Shown here: positions 1 through 9,161 of the stretch, one piece after another | How positions within the stretch are numbered: the first letter of the stretch is position 1 | Layout: each line of letters starts with the position of its first letter | Assembly (NCBI GenBank): GCA_964448075.1 | Contig: CAYUUR010000004.1 | Coordinates: forward strand, 4,419-68,418 | Direction: 5' to 3' | From: an uncultured Candidatus Saccharibacteria bacterium | GTDB lineage: Bacteria; Patescibacteriota; Saccharimonadia; Saccharimonadales; CAYUUR01 | DNA length: 64,000 nt | Notes under the pieces: model-generated | Seen by the model: only the letters and a program-made list of their open reading frames with translations | Databases searched by the model: none | Told to the model about the DNA's origin: nothing | Translations under genes and position numbers: made by a program

Positions 1-288
1 GCTGTAAAAGCGCTTGTTGATTCTTCTACAGAGCGTATTGCTGCCGGTGAAACGGTTGCCGAGATTGCACAGGACCCAAATGTGCGCTCAGTTCTGGACT
101 ACATATTAACGGCTAACATACCCGGAGACACAATTAATGCCCCTGAGCAGTTGCAAGAGGCGGCCGACCATCTTGACGCCGACTTGCGCTTGCGTTACGT
201 ACTCATGGACGAGCCTGAGCGAGACGCCGCCGCCATTAACTTGCTCGAAGGATTGATAGACCTAACATTAATGGAAAGAATTAAGTAA
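1..288 (+). CDS. hypothetical protein (5' end cut by window edge)
   Basis: Frame 1 is open from base 1 to TAA 286-288; the listed ORF 82..288 is only its tail. Acidic, Leu-rich C-terminus with no motif I recognise; not GrpE- or HrcA-like. Ends 11 nt before dnaK. Confidence 0.45.
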   Translation, partial: AVKALVDSSTERIAAGETVAEIAQDPNVRSVLDYILTANIPGDTINAPEQLQEAADHLDADLRLRYVLMDEPERDAAAINLLEGLIDLTLMERIK

Positions 289-299
289 AGGAGAAAATT

Positions 300-2219
300 A
301 TGGGTAAAATTATTGGAATCGATCTAGGAACTACTAACTCAGCTATGGCTGTCATGCAGTCAGGTAAGCCTGAGATTATTGCTAACAGTGAGGGCAACCG
401 TACGACGCCAAGTGTGGTCGCACTCAACAAAAACAACGAACGCTTAGTCGGTCAAGTTGCTCGCCGCCAGCAAGTAACCAACCCAAAAAACACCATTTAT
501 GAAATGAAGCGCCTGATTGGCCGAAGCTGGGAAGACAAAGAAGTCCAGCGCGATATCAAGCTGATGGGCTACGAAATGGTCAAGAGCGGCAAGGCCGTTA
601 AGGTCAAGATGGGTGACAAAGAATACAGCCCAGAAGAAATGAGCGCTATGGTCTTGAGCAAACTCAAAGCTGACGCAGAGGGCTTCCTTGGCGAGCCAGT
701 GACCGAAGCCGTCATTACCGTGCCTGCCTACTTTGATGACTCACAGCGCCAAGCTACTAAAGACGCTGGTAAGATTGCCGGTCTAGAAGTAAAGCGAATT
801 ATTAACGAACCAACTGCCGCAGCCCTCGCTTATGGTCTCGATAAAGGCAGCAAAAAAGACGAGAAGATTGCTGTCTACGACCTTGGTGGCGGTACGTTTG
901 ATGTATCGATCCTTGAACTCGGTGATGGTGTCTTTGAAGTAAAGTCTACCAACGGTGACACGCACCTTGGTGGTGCCGACTTTGACCGCGTGTTGGTCAA
1001 CTACTTTGTTGATGAGTTCAAAAAAGAACATGGTCTTGATATCAAAGACGACAATGCTGCTATGCAACGACTCCGTGATGAAGCAGAAAAAGCCAAGATT
1101 GAGCTTTCTTCGACAAACGAAGTCAACATCAACCTACCATTCCTAACTGCTGACGCCGATGGTCCAAAGCACTTTGAGCACAAACTGACCCGAGCAAAAT
1201 TAGAAAGCTTGGTTGGTGATCTTATCGACAAGACCGCCGTGCCATGCGAAAAGGCACTTAAGGACGCAGGTCTCAAGGCCAGTGATATTGACGCGGTTGT
1301 ATTGGTTGGTGGTATGACCCGTATGCCATCTGTACAAGAAAAAGTGCAGAAGATCTTTGGCAAAGAGCCGATGAAGGGCGTTAACCCGGACGAAGTTGTA
1401 GCTATTGGTGCGGCCATCCAGGGTGGAGTGTTGCAGGGTGACGTCAAAGACGTGCTGTTGCTTGACGTAACACCACTCTCACTCGGTATCGAAACTCTTG
1501 GTGGTGTGGCAACTAAGCTGATTGAACGCAATACGACCATCCCTACCAGCAAATCAGAAGTGTTCTCAACCGCTGCCGATAATCAACCACAAGTAGAAAT
1601 TCACGTAGTTCAAGGTGAGCGCGAAATGGTTGCGGATAATAAATCACTCGGCCGCTTTGTGCTTGACGGGATTCCATCAGCACCGCGCGGTGTGCCGCAG
1701 ATTGAAGTTACTTTTAACCTTGATGCGAACGGTATCTTGAACGTTACTGCCAAGGACAAGGGTTCTGGCAAAGAGCAGAGCATTACCATCCAAGGTAGTT
1801 CTGGTCTCAGCAAAGATGAAGTTGAAAAGATGGCCAAAGAAGCCGAAGCGCATGCTGAAGAAGATAAGAAAAAGCGTGAAGCAATCGACGCGCGTAATGT
1901 TCTAGACAGCGCTGTATACAATGCTGAGAAAATGAAGAACGACAACAAAGACAAGTTGTCCGAGGACGACGTAAAGACTCTAGACGAAGCCGTTGAGGCT
2001 GCCAAAAAAGTCGTGGCCGACGAAAAGGCCGACAAAGACACATTGGAAGCTGCTGCAAAAGAACTCAACGACAAGACTATGCCAATCGGTGCCAAGATGT
2101 ATCAAGAAGCATCAAAGGATGCCGAGACTGAGGATGGTGGATCGGAGACCGAGGAAAAGAAATCTGACAAAGATGAAACCGTAGAGGGCGAAGTCGTCGA
2201 CGAGAAAGAAGACAAGTAA
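300..2219 (+). CDS. dnaK: molecular chaperone DnaK (Hsp70)
   Basis: 639 aa with [21 protein letters not shown] and [10 protein letters not shown] signatures and an acidic C-terminal tail. AAGGAG at 288-293 lies 6 nt upstream of the ATG. Confidence 0.98.
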   Translation: MGKIIGIDLGTTNSAMAVMQSGKPEIIANSEGNRTTPSVVALNKNNERLVGQVARRQQVTNPKNTIYEMKRLIGRSWEDKEVQRDIKLMGYEMVKSGKAVKVKMGDKEYSPEEMSAMVLSKLKADAEGFLGEPVTEAVITVPAYFDDSQRQATKDAGKIAGLEVKRIINEPTAAALAYGLDKGSKKDEKIAVYDLGGGTFDVSILELGDGVFEVKSTNGDTHLGGADFDRVLVNYFVDEFKKEHGLDIKDDNAAMQRLRDEAEKAKIELSSTNEVNINLPFLTADADGPKHFEHKLTRAKLESLVGDLIDKTAVPCEKALKDAGLKASDIDAVVLVGGMTRMPSVQEKVQKIFGKEPMKGVNPDEVVAIGAAIQGGVLQGDVKDVLLLDVTPLSLGIETLGGVATKLIERNTTIPTSKSEVFSTAADNQPQVEIHVVQGEREMVADNKSLGRFVLDGIPSAPRGVPQIEVTFNLDANGILNVTAKDKGSGKEQSITIQGSSGLSKDEVEKMAKEAEAHAEEDKKKREAIDARNVLDSAVYNAEKMKNDNKDKLSEDDVKTLDEAVEAAKKVVADEKADKDTLEAAAKELNDKTMPIGAKMYQEASKDAETEDGGSETEEKKSDKDETVEGEVVDEKEDK

Positions 2220-2295
2220 TAACACCAGGCGAAGATCGATTAGTTCATCTAGGCTTTCCATACAAACATAAGCATGATTAAGTAAAGGCAAAATA

Positions 2296-2877
2296 ATGAG
2301 CAGCAAACTACAAAAAATATACGCGTGGATTTTGACAGGGGGCGGCTTGGCCGGGCTGATTGCTATGACATGGCAAGCAGCCGAACGGATTGCGATGCTC
2401 AAGAATCCAACCTCGCCGCTCAGTTGCAACCTTAATCCGGTCATCGACTGTGGGTCTGTGTTGGATAACCGATGGGCGGCGTTGTTTGGTTTCCCTAACG
2501 CGTTCATTGGTATGGCGGTCTTTGCCATGCTCACGCTTGCTGGTATTTTGCTGCTTACCGGCAACAAGCCTAATCGTGCCTTCAAACATGTCATGCTGGC
2601 ACTCAGTACGGTGCTGTTGCTATTTAGTCTGTGGTTTTTCAGCATCAGCCTATATGTGATTGCCAAGATCTGTATATTTTGTCTAGTTGGTTGGGTGGTG
2701 GCGATTCCTATTTTTGTCTACACCTTGCAGTACTGGCTGGACGACGCAAAAAACACCGGCTGGAAGGGCAAGCTGAGCAAGTTTTTGGCAAGTAACCACC
2801 TCAACGTCGTAATAACGAGCTATGTGATTATGGCGGTGATGTATTTTGTAAAATTCAGCGAGTATTACTTCGGATAA
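2296..2877 (+). CDS. vitamin K epoxide reductase (VKOR) family membrane oxidoreductase
   Basis: 193 aa, multi-pass membrane protein. Has a loop cysteine pair (CNLNPVIDC) and a membrane-embedded CIFC (CXXC) motif, as in bacterial VKOR homologues that replace DsbB. Confidence 0.8.
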   Translation: MSSKLQKIYAWILTGGGLAGLIAMTWQAAERIAMLKNPTSPLSCNLNPVIDCGSVLDNRWAALFGFPNAFIGMAVFAMLTLAGILLLTGNKPNRAFKHVMLALSTVLLLFSLWFFSISLYVIAKICIFCLVGWVVAIPIFVYTLQYWLDDAKNTGWKGKLSKFLASNHLNVVITSYVIMAVMYFVKFSEYYFG

Positions 2878-2880
2878 ATT

Positions 2881-3147
2881 ATGGCACTTCAAAAACACGA
2901 GCAGGATTTATGGGATAGCGCTATGGTTAGCCTAGCGGCCGATTCTGATCACGTGGACAATTATCTTCGCGCAGAAGACGAAAGCGTAGATAATGAGAAC
3001 GTTGCCGAAACGCTTGTTGGACACAGGGAGGCTCTTAATCAAAAACTCGGCCACTGTTATGGCCTGAGCGATGATCAGGTTAGTGATGTACTCAAAGAAT
3101 ACCAACGACGTTACGAGTCAGTCCAAGATGACGGGGAGCAGCCTTAA
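2881..3147 (+). CDS. hypothetical acidic protein
   Basis: 88-aa ORF starting 3 nt after the VKOR stop; its TAA shares one base with the dnaJ ATG (TAATG). Asp/Glu-rich, no recognisable domain. Confidence 0.5.
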   Translation: MALQKHEQDLWDSAMVSLAADSDHVDNYLRAEDESVDNENVAETLVGHREALNQKLGHCYGLSDDQVSDVLKEYQRRYESVQDDGEQP

Positions 3148-4244
3148 TGAGTAAGAGGGATTATTATGAAACTCTAGGTGTTGGCAAGAATGCCAGCGCC
3201 GATGAGATCAAAAAAGCCTTCCGCAAGGCGGCTATCGAGCATCATCCTGACCGCGGTGGCGATGAAGCCAAGTTCAAAGAAGTCAACGAAGCCTATGAGG
3301 TACTAAAAGATTCCAGCAAGCGCCAACGCTATGATCAATTCGGTCACGCTGGCGTAGGCGGTTCAACTGGCGCCGGTGGCAATCCTTTTGAGGGGTATGG
3401 TGGCGCCGGTGGTCAGAACGTGCACTTTGACTTTGGTGACCTCGGGCTTGGTGATATATTCAGCAGTTTCTTTGGTGGTCAGCAACAGCAGCAGCATCGT
3501 TCGCGTAAGGGTCGTGATGTTGAGACCCGCGTAGAATTGACATTTGAGCAAGCCGTATTCGGCACGCAACTCGACCTTGACCTCGACCTTAATGACTCTT
3601 GTGAGCACTGTAAAGGAACTACAGTTGAACCGGGCCATGAGCTAAAAACATGTGATGAATGTAAGGGATCAGGCCAGGTCATGCATGTGACGAGGACTGT
3701 CTTCGGCAATATCCAGCAAGCCACAATCTGCCCAAAATGTGAAGGGCGAGGCAAAGTACCAGAAAAGGTTTGTTCAGTCTGTCACGGCAAGGGGGTTAAA
3801 CGTAAAAAGCAAAGCATCAAGCTAAAAGTCCCAGCCGGCGTGGATGATGGCGCGACTATCAGACTACGTGAACATGGCGAGGCGATTGCTAACGGTCCGA
3901 AGGGCGATTTGTATGTAAATCTCCGGGTAAAGCCACACAAGAAATTCACGCGAGAAGGTGATCTCATACTGAGCGAAGAACATGTCAGCATGGTAGAGGC
4001 GGCTCTAGGTACTGAAATAGATGTTGATACTGTCGATGGGCCAGTTCGCATGAAAGTGCCAGCTGGTACTCAGAGCGGCACGGACTTCAAGCTATCGAAT
4101 CACGGTGTACATCACCTTCGTAGTGAAAAGCGCGGCGCTCACATCGTAACTATCATCGTTGATATTCCAAGCAAACTAAGCAAAGAACAGAAAGAAATCC
4201 TGCAACAGTTCGCCAAGTCCCAGGGCAAAAAACACTTCTGGTAA
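3147..4244 (+). CDS. dnaJ: molecular chaperone DnaJ (Hsp40)
   Basis: 365 aa. J domain with HPD, a Gly/Phe-rich linker, four CxxCxGxG zinc-finger repeats and a C-terminal substrate-binding domain. Confidence 0.97.
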   Translation: MSKRDYYETLGVGKNASADEIKKAFRKAAIEHHPDRGGDEAKFKEVNEAYEVLKDSSKRQRYDQFGHAGVGGSTGAGGNPFEGYGGAGGQNVHFDFGDLGLGDIFSSFFGGQQQQQHRSRKGRDVETRVELTFEQAVFGTQLDLDLDLNDSCEHCKGTTVEPGHELKTCDECKGSGQVMHVTRTVFGNIQQATICPKCEGRGKVPEKVCSVCHGKGVKRKKQSIKLKVPAGVDDGATIRLREHGEAIANGPKGDLYVNLRVKPHKKFTREGDLILSEEHVSMVEAALGTEIDVDTVDGPVRMKVPAGTQSGTDFKLSNHGVHHLRSEKRGAHIVTIIVDIPSKLSKEQKEILQQFAKSQGKKHFW

Positions 4245-4350
4245 TAAGCTCGGTGCGACAAATAGATTCAGCCCGGTTTGGTTGCTACACCTATGTCTTA
4301 GTGTTAGCATAAGTGTAATAGGTAAGTTAAGGTTGGTTGTTCTGACGAGA

Positions 4351-6450
4351 ATGAACGTAAGAATACGAAACGTGAGCGGATTTTTTGCCAAACTGTCGTT
4401 GTTAGGGCTATTCGCTATTCCTGTCGTTATGATGACTTTATCAGCTAATGCTGAAACGATAATTACAGACTACGAATATGCCAATATAATGGGCGGTACT
4501 GGGGCCGAAGTTACTAACGCTGTCGCAACTGACAGCAATAATAATGTATATGTAGCGGGTTATTTTAATGGTACTGTCGACTTTGACCCCGGCGCTGGCA
4601 CAGACAACAAAACATCGGCTGGGGGCAGGGATATCTTCGTAACTAAAATCAACGCTGACGGCAGTTACGGCTATACCAAAACCATGGGTGGCGTTGGCAC
4701 TGATGGGGCTAACGCCGTCGCTACCGACCAAGATGGCAATATATACATTGCTAGCCCCTTTAATGGCACCGCCGACTTTGACCCCGGCGCCGGCACTGAC
4801 AATAAAACTTCCGCCGGAAGCACAGATATCGCACTGACCAAAATCAACGCCGACGGCACCTATGGCTATACCAAAACAATCGGTGATACCGGTGCTGATA
4901 CTCCTTATACCCTCGCCACCGACCAAGGCGACAATATATACGTTGCAGGCGCCTTCACTGCCACAGTCGACTTTGATCCTGGCGCCGGCACCGACAACAA
5001 AACATCGGCAGGTGGCACAGATGCATTCCTGACCAAAATAAATGCCGACAGCAGTTACGGCTATACCAAGATTATTGGTGGTGCTAGTGCTGATAGTGCT
5101 TATGCTATTGCTACCGACCAAGACAATAACGTATACATAGCTGCCAGATTCTATGCCACCGCCGACTTCGACCCCGGCGCCGGCACCGACAACAAAACCT
5201 CCGCTGGGAATATGGACGCCTCACTAACCAAAATCAACGCTGACGGTACTTACGGCTATACTAAAACCATAGGCGGCACTGCCTATGATCAAGTGAATTC
5301 TCTCGCAACTGACCAAAACAATAATGTATACATTGCGGGTAATTTCCAAGGTACCGCTGACTTCGACCCTGGCGCTGGTACGGATAATAAAACAGCTACA
5401 GGCGGGTCTGATGATGGTTTTGTGACGCGAATAAACGCTGACGGCTCCTACGGCTATAGTAAGTTTTTCGGCAGTACTAATAACGATAATGTTTATGCCG
5501 TCACCACCGACCAGGATGGTTATATATACTTAGCAGGGGAGTATATAGGCACTTTAGACTTCGACCCGGGCGCTGGCACCGACATTAGAACATCAGTAGG
5601 GTGGTCTGATGCATTTCTCACAAAAATGAATGCCGACGGTACTTATGTCTACGCAAAAACCATGGAAGGACAAAGTGGAGCTGATGAAAGTTATGGTAGT
5701 TCTGTTGCTTCTGACTCGAGTAATAGTATCTATTTAGCAGGCTATTTTTGGGGCACCCTAGACTTTAACCCTGATGTAGCCACAGACAGCAAAACCTCCG
5801 CCGGCAGCAGTGATGTTTTCCTCACCAAACTCACCCAAACCACCTACCAACAAATCACTGGCCTTGCACCATCCCTCGCAGCTAAGACTCTCTCTAACAC
5901 AGACGCCACAGACAACACCATTGAAAACGGTACTAGTGCTACCATACGCCTGTCGCTGAGTGACACCACTCCCATCGCCGACGTCACCACCACCTTCACC
6001 ACTGACCTCAACTGGTCCACCGTGACCGCCGACTCTAACCTCACCACCGGCACTGCCTTTGCCCACAACCTCACAGCTGCAGACGGTACTGCTGGCACCT
6101 TCACTCTCTATGTCCCCAAACTCCCGAACCACACGAGAGTAGGCATCTGTCCTGGAGCGAGCTCCCTAGCAGCAACAACAGAACAATGCGAAGGACTGTA
6201 CTACCTCACAGAAGGAGTAGACAACAACCTCACCACCACAACCATAGATGCCCAAGACTACTGGACCATTACCGGCCTCACCGGCACCGGAGGCTTCAGT
6301 GCAGAGGCTGCAGCAACCACTACAGACGCAGACACCGATACAGACGCTTTGGCGGAGACGGGGGAGAGCCAGACAAATATCTTGTATATTTCGTTGATTA
6401 TTCTAGGGATTTCTATAATTCGTTTGCGAAGTCGATACAGCAAAGCTTAG
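4351..6450 (+). CDS. sortase-anchored surface protein, seven-bladed SBBP-type beta-propeller, LAETG sorting signal
   Basis: 699 aa from ATG 4351 (listed ORF starts at 4282). Signal peptide ends ...TLSANA. Seven ~65-aa repeats follow (DFDPGAGTDNKTSAG..D.F.TKINADG.YGYTK...ATDQ..N.YIAG), then a Thr/Ala-rich stalk. LAETG (6349-6363) is followed by a hydrophobic helix and an RLRSRYSKA tail. Confidence 0.85.
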   Translation: MNVRIRNVSGFFAKLSLLGLFAIPVVMMTLSANAETIITDYEYANIMGGTGAEVTNAVATDSNNNVYVAGYFNGTVDFDPGAGTDNKTSAGGRDIFVTKINADGSYGYTKTMGGVGTDGANAVATDQDGNIYIASPFNGTADFDPGAGTDNKTSAGSTDIALTKINADGTYGYTKTIGDTGADTPYTLATDQGDNIYVAGAFTATVDFDPGAGTDNKTSAGGTDAFLTKINADSSYGYTKIIGGASADSAYAIATDQDNNVYIAARFYATADFDPGAGTDNKTSAGNMDASLTKINADGTYGYTKTIGGTAYDQVNSLATDQNNNVYIAGNFQGTADFDPGAGTDNKTATGGSDDGFVTRINADGSYGYSKFFGSTNNDNVYAVTTDQDGYIYLAGEYIGTLDFDPGAGTDIRTSVGWSDAFLTKMNADGTYVYAKTMEGQSGADESYGSSVASDSSNSIYLAGYFWGTLDFNPDVATDSKTSAGSSDVFLTKLTQTTYQQITGLAPSLAAKTLSNTDATDNTIENGTSATIRLSLSDTTPIADVTTTFTTDLNWSTVTADSNLTTGTAFAHNLTAADGTAGTFTLYVPKLPNHTRVGICPGASSLAATTEQCEGLYYLTEGVDNNLTTTTIDAQDYWTITGLTGTGGFSAEAAATTTDADTDTDALAETGESQTNILYISLIILGISIIRLRSRYSKA
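4474..5835 (+). repeat. seven tandem coding repeats, period about 195 bp (propeller blades)
   Basis: The GACTT[TC]GACCC core recurs at 4579, 4774, 4969, 5164, 5359, 5557 and 5761 (spacing 195, 195, 195, 195, 198, 204 bp), all in frame within the 4351..6450 CDS. Confidence 0.85.
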
Positions 6451-6464
6451 TAACTATCTGTATA

Positions 6465-7064
6465 ATGGTAATGGTGAAAAAGAGAATTAAGTATAGTTAC
6501 GATAAGGGGTTGAAGCGGAATAAATTGATTTCCATAGCTTCGCTTGTGGTCGCATCGGTGTTATTTGCCACGGGTCTCTACTTACTGCTATTAACATTCG
6601 CTCCAGTACTTAACATCCCTGGGCTTAATGCGCCGACTTCCACAGCAGTAAGCAATGACGTTAATCGTGTGGTGATTGAGAAGATCGATGTAGACGTACC
6701 ATTTCATACAGGTGGACCAGAGGCGCTTGAGAAGGGCGCCTGGCACCGTTTTCCTGAACGTGGCGACCCTGAAAATGGCGGTAACTTCGTACTCAGCGCA
6801 CACCGCTTTCAGCTCGGTATCACACCCCAACAGACACGCGCCAAGTCGCCATTTTATAAGCTTGACCAATTAGAAACAGGCGACAAGATAGTAATAACAT
6901 TCAACAAGAAAACATATAACTATGAAGTGACAGATAAATACGATGTAGAACGAACTGCAGTGGAAATCGAAGCGCCGTCAGATGCGCACAAATTAACGCT
7001 ATATAGCTGCTCTCTCAAAGGCGAGAAAGACGGGCGTATCGTGATAGAAGCTAAGCAACTGTAG
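6465..7064 (+). CDS. sortase (class E-like, inferred from LAxTG substrates)
   Basis: 199 aa from ATG 6465. N-terminal TM anchor, then VLSAHR (catalytic His region), LTLYSCS (TLxTC-type Cys) and GRIVIEA (Arg region). Lies immediately downstream of an LAETG protein. Confidence 0.85.
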   Translation: MVMVKKRIKYSYDKGLKRNKLISIASLVVASVLFATGLYLLLLTFAPVLNIPGLNAPTSTAVSNDVNRVVIEKIDVDVPFHTGGPEALEKGAWHRFPERGDPENGGNFVLSAHRFQLGITPQQTRAKSPFYKLDQLETGDKIVITFNKKTYNYEVTDKYDVERTAVEIEAPSDAHKLTLYSCSLKGEKDGRIVIEAKQL

Positions 7065-7067
7065 ACA

Positions 7068-7096
7068 TTGATTTTGTTGTACAAAGGTTGTATAAT
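7068..7096 (+). promoter_or_regulatory. candidate sigma70-type promoter TTGATT-17-TATAAT
   Basis: TTGATT at 7068-7073, a 17-nt spacer, TATAAT at 7091-7096. Lies just after the sortase stop and upstream of the GGDEF gene. Confidence 0.4.
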
Positions 7097-7132
7097 AGGC
7101 ACGATATGGTTTGTTTGGAGAAAAATACTGAA

Positions 7133-7996
7133 ATGAGCGCTAATTTGGGCCATGAGGCTCAGATTGATGGGCTCTACGAGGCCATCAATAATTATGCAGA
7201 AATTGACTCCACAAATCTTTCGTACGAAGAGCTCTTTGTTGCTTACACAGGAGTTATGAGCGTTGCCCAAGATGCATTAGGCATAGCTTCAGTTTTAGCA
7301 GAAGAACGGAATAACGCACATACCGACGCAGTGTTAGAGAAGCATCGTGCTGATGAAGTAACTGCCGAGCGTGATAAGTTGAAGCGTGTAATCAACGAAC
7401 AACAAAGCGGCATAGACAGTACAACATTTGTTGGCAATCGTCCTTCGTTCGAACTACACCTTGAGGATGCCGTTAAGGCTGCTAGTGAACGCGGACATGC
7501 TGAGCTTGTATTAATCGGACTAGACCTTGAAAACCTGCACGGAATTAACGCGTCTTATGGTTACACGTCTGGCGGCGATGCTTTACTTGTGATGCTTGCG
7601 GAAAAGTTACAGAGTGAGGAAGTTCGTACTTCTGGGCAGCTTATGTGGCGAGCAGATGATGTATTCAGATATGGTGGTGATGAGTTCTTTGTTATTTGTC
7701 GTCATATAGCGCCACGAAAAGCGTCAATGAAGCGAGATGACGTTGCTCACGAGGAGCATGTTCGGATTGAGAATGAACTCGATTCCATTATTCACGCTGC
7801 TGCAGACCAACTTGAGCTAAAGGATGGCGAAAAACGGCCTCATGCAGGGGTTACTGTTACCATTGAGTCGATGCGACCAGGTGATAGTGCTAAGGAATTG
7901 AGATCACGCACTTTAGCTTCTTTACGTGGCGCCAAGCGATACAAGCAGTCACTCTTACAACGAAGAGGCATCTCGTATGCTCGTAACGACTATTGA
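7133..7996 (+). CDS. GGDEF-domain protein (putative diguanylate cyclase)
   Basis: C-terminal GGDEF domain (NRPSFELHL, LDLENLHGINASYGY.SGGD, RYGGDEFFVI) follows a ~110-aa helical N-terminus. Start is ambiguous: TTG 7088 overlaps the -10 box, leaving ATG 7106 or ATG 7133 (GGAG at 7117-7120). Confidence 0.75.
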   Translation: MSANLGHEAQIDGLYEAINNYAEIDSTNLSYEELFVAYTGVMSVAQDALGIASVLAEERNNAHTDAVLEKHRADEVTAERDKLKRVINEQQSGIDSTTFVGNRPSFELHLEDAVKAASERGHAELVLIGLDLENLHGINASYGYTSGGDALLVMLAEKLQSEEVRTSGQLMWRADDVFRYGGDEFFVICRHIAPRKASMKRDDVAHEEHVRIENELDSIIHAAADQLELKDGEKRPHAGVTVTIESMRPGDSAKELRSRTLASLRGAKRYKQSLLQRRGISYARNDY

Positions 7997-8029
7997 CTCT
8001 TATAGCACAACCGTTCGATAATAGAACCA

Positions 8030-8140
8030 ATGCATAAGCTTAACCAATCCGGCTTAATTCCCTTACTTGTCACCATTTTAATTATGGTGGTCGCGGTTAT
8101 CGTACTTGTTTTTATGCGCGTCAATCAGGCACAACGCTAG
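8030..8140 (+). CDS. possible 36-aa single-TM small protein
   Basis: ATG 8030 to TAG 8138-8140 encodes MHKLNQSGLIPLLVTILIMVVAVIVLVFMRVNQAQR. Below the ORF-track size cutoff, with no clear SD. Only the hydrophobic-helix pattern supports it. Confidence 0.25.
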   Translation: MHKLNQSGLIPLLVTILIMVVAVIVLVFMRVNQAQR

Positions 8141-8159
8141 ACGATGTTATAGTAGCTAC

Positions 8160-9161
8160 ATGATTAACGCACTCACTATCAAAGACAATACCCTGAGCCA
8201 AACCAAAGAAATGCTCAGGCACGAAATATTAGGGCGTGGTTGGGAGCTCTGGTTCTATGATGTGTCGTATCCACAGATGCGCGTGCGACGTTCCGATGGC
8301 AAGATACTGGAGCTCTACGGATCAACCCCGCCGACTACAAGCTATGCCGCAGGATTAACTGCAGACAATAAGCTCATTTCTTCTATCTTGCATGCAGAAG
8401 CTGGCCTACCTGTTCCAGAAACCTATGCGCTCAGTAGTGCTGATAGCGGCAAAAATATTGCCAATCAACTTTTAGATACACAAAAGAAAATTGTCGTGAA
8501 ACCTTTGGATGCTGCACACGGTAATGGCGTGAGCGTGGGGATTGAAACGATTGAGGCATTTGAGCAGGCGGTTGCGGTTGCGCGTGAATTCAGTAGCACC
8601 GTCATTGTACAAGAGCACCTAACACAAAGTTATGATATAAGACTCCTCTGCATTGACTATGCGTGTGTGGCTGGGCTTTTGCGCTTGCCAGCATCGGTAG
8701 TCGGCGATGGCAAGCAAACGGTCAGCCAGTTAATTGCTCATGAAAACACCGATGAACGCAGAGGTGTTAATTATGCCAAAGAACTCAACATTATAAACAT
8801 TGATCATGCTAAACGCTTCTTAGGCAAACAGATACATGATATTCCGCCAGCAGGTAAGCACGTGCAAGTGGTCGGGACTGCAAATGTTGGTACGGGGGGT
8901 TCAACAAAGGATATATCGCGCATCACTCCAGCCTGGCTGACGGCTATGGCTGAACAAGCAGCAAGAGCTTCGCGTCTGCCGTGCTGTGGTGTTGATTTTC
9001 TACTCAGCAGTGAGCCAAGCTTGCAAGCGACAGAGTCCGAGTTGCAACCCAAGCTCCTAGAAATCAACAAGTCGCCCTCGCTTTTTATTCACGAAACACC
9101 AACAGAAGGCGACTCAATGCCGGTTATCAAACAATACGTTGATTATCTAGCTAGTCTGTAG
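8160..9161 (+). CDS. ATP-grasp ligase resembling the N-terminal ATP-grasp module of cyanophycin synthetase
   Basis: 333 aa from ATG 8160. Collinear with my recollection of CphA: VVKPLDAAHGNGVSVGI, IVQEHL..YDIRLL, VVGDGKQTVSQLI, GTANVGTGGSTKDIS, CGVDFLL, LLEINKSPS. No Mur-ligase module. Confidence 0.75.
   Translation: MINALTIKDNTLSQTKEMLRHEILGRGWELWFYDVSYPQMRVRRSDGKILELYGSTPPTTSYAAGLTADNKLISSILHAEAGLPVPETYALSSADSGKNIANQLLDTQKKIVVKPLDAAHGNGVSVGIETIEAFEQAVAVAREFSSTVIVQEHLTQSYDIRLLCIDYACVAGLLRLPASVVGDGKQTVSQLIAHENTDERRGVNYAKELNIINIDHAKRFLGKQIHDIPPAGKHVQVVGTANVGTGGSTKDISRITPAWLTAMAEQAARASRLPCCGVDFLLSSEPSLQATESELQPKLLEINKSPSLFIHETPTEGDSMPVIKQYVDYLASL

Noticed and set aside
2881-3147. GrpE candidates (the 88-aa ORF, or the truncated ORF at 1..288) in the Hsp70 operon
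   Set aside because: Neither shows the GrpE C-terminal beta-domain pattern or an appropriate length.
4441-5121. 226-aa ORF antisense to the propeller gene, and similar long antisense ORFs at 1001..1552, 49681..50370, 51311..51931, 60978..61376 and 61821..62384
   Set aside because: All lie opposite strongly supported repetitive or conserved genes. Their products are compositionally odd, and no start signals are seen. They are open by chance because the Gly/Thr/Asp/Ala-rich sense codons lack reverse-complement stops.
4474-5835. Regular ~195-bp periodicity that might suggest a CRISPR-like or satellite array
   Set aside because: The period is a multiple of three and lies entirely inside one ORF. 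The repeats are diverged at synonymous positions, with no short identical direct repeats or spacers. These are protein propeller blades.
6186-6464. Arg/His-rich N-terminal extension of the sortase ORF
   Set aside because: It overlaps the 3' end of the LAETG protein gene in another frame and is extreme low complexity (RRSRQQPHHHNHR...). The sortase TM anchor begins right after ATG 6465.
7650-7700. Allosteric I-site (RxxD) upstream of GGDEF in the cyclase
   Set aside because: RADD is present, but 4 rather than 5 residues separate it from the GG as far as I can align. That is too uncertain to call.
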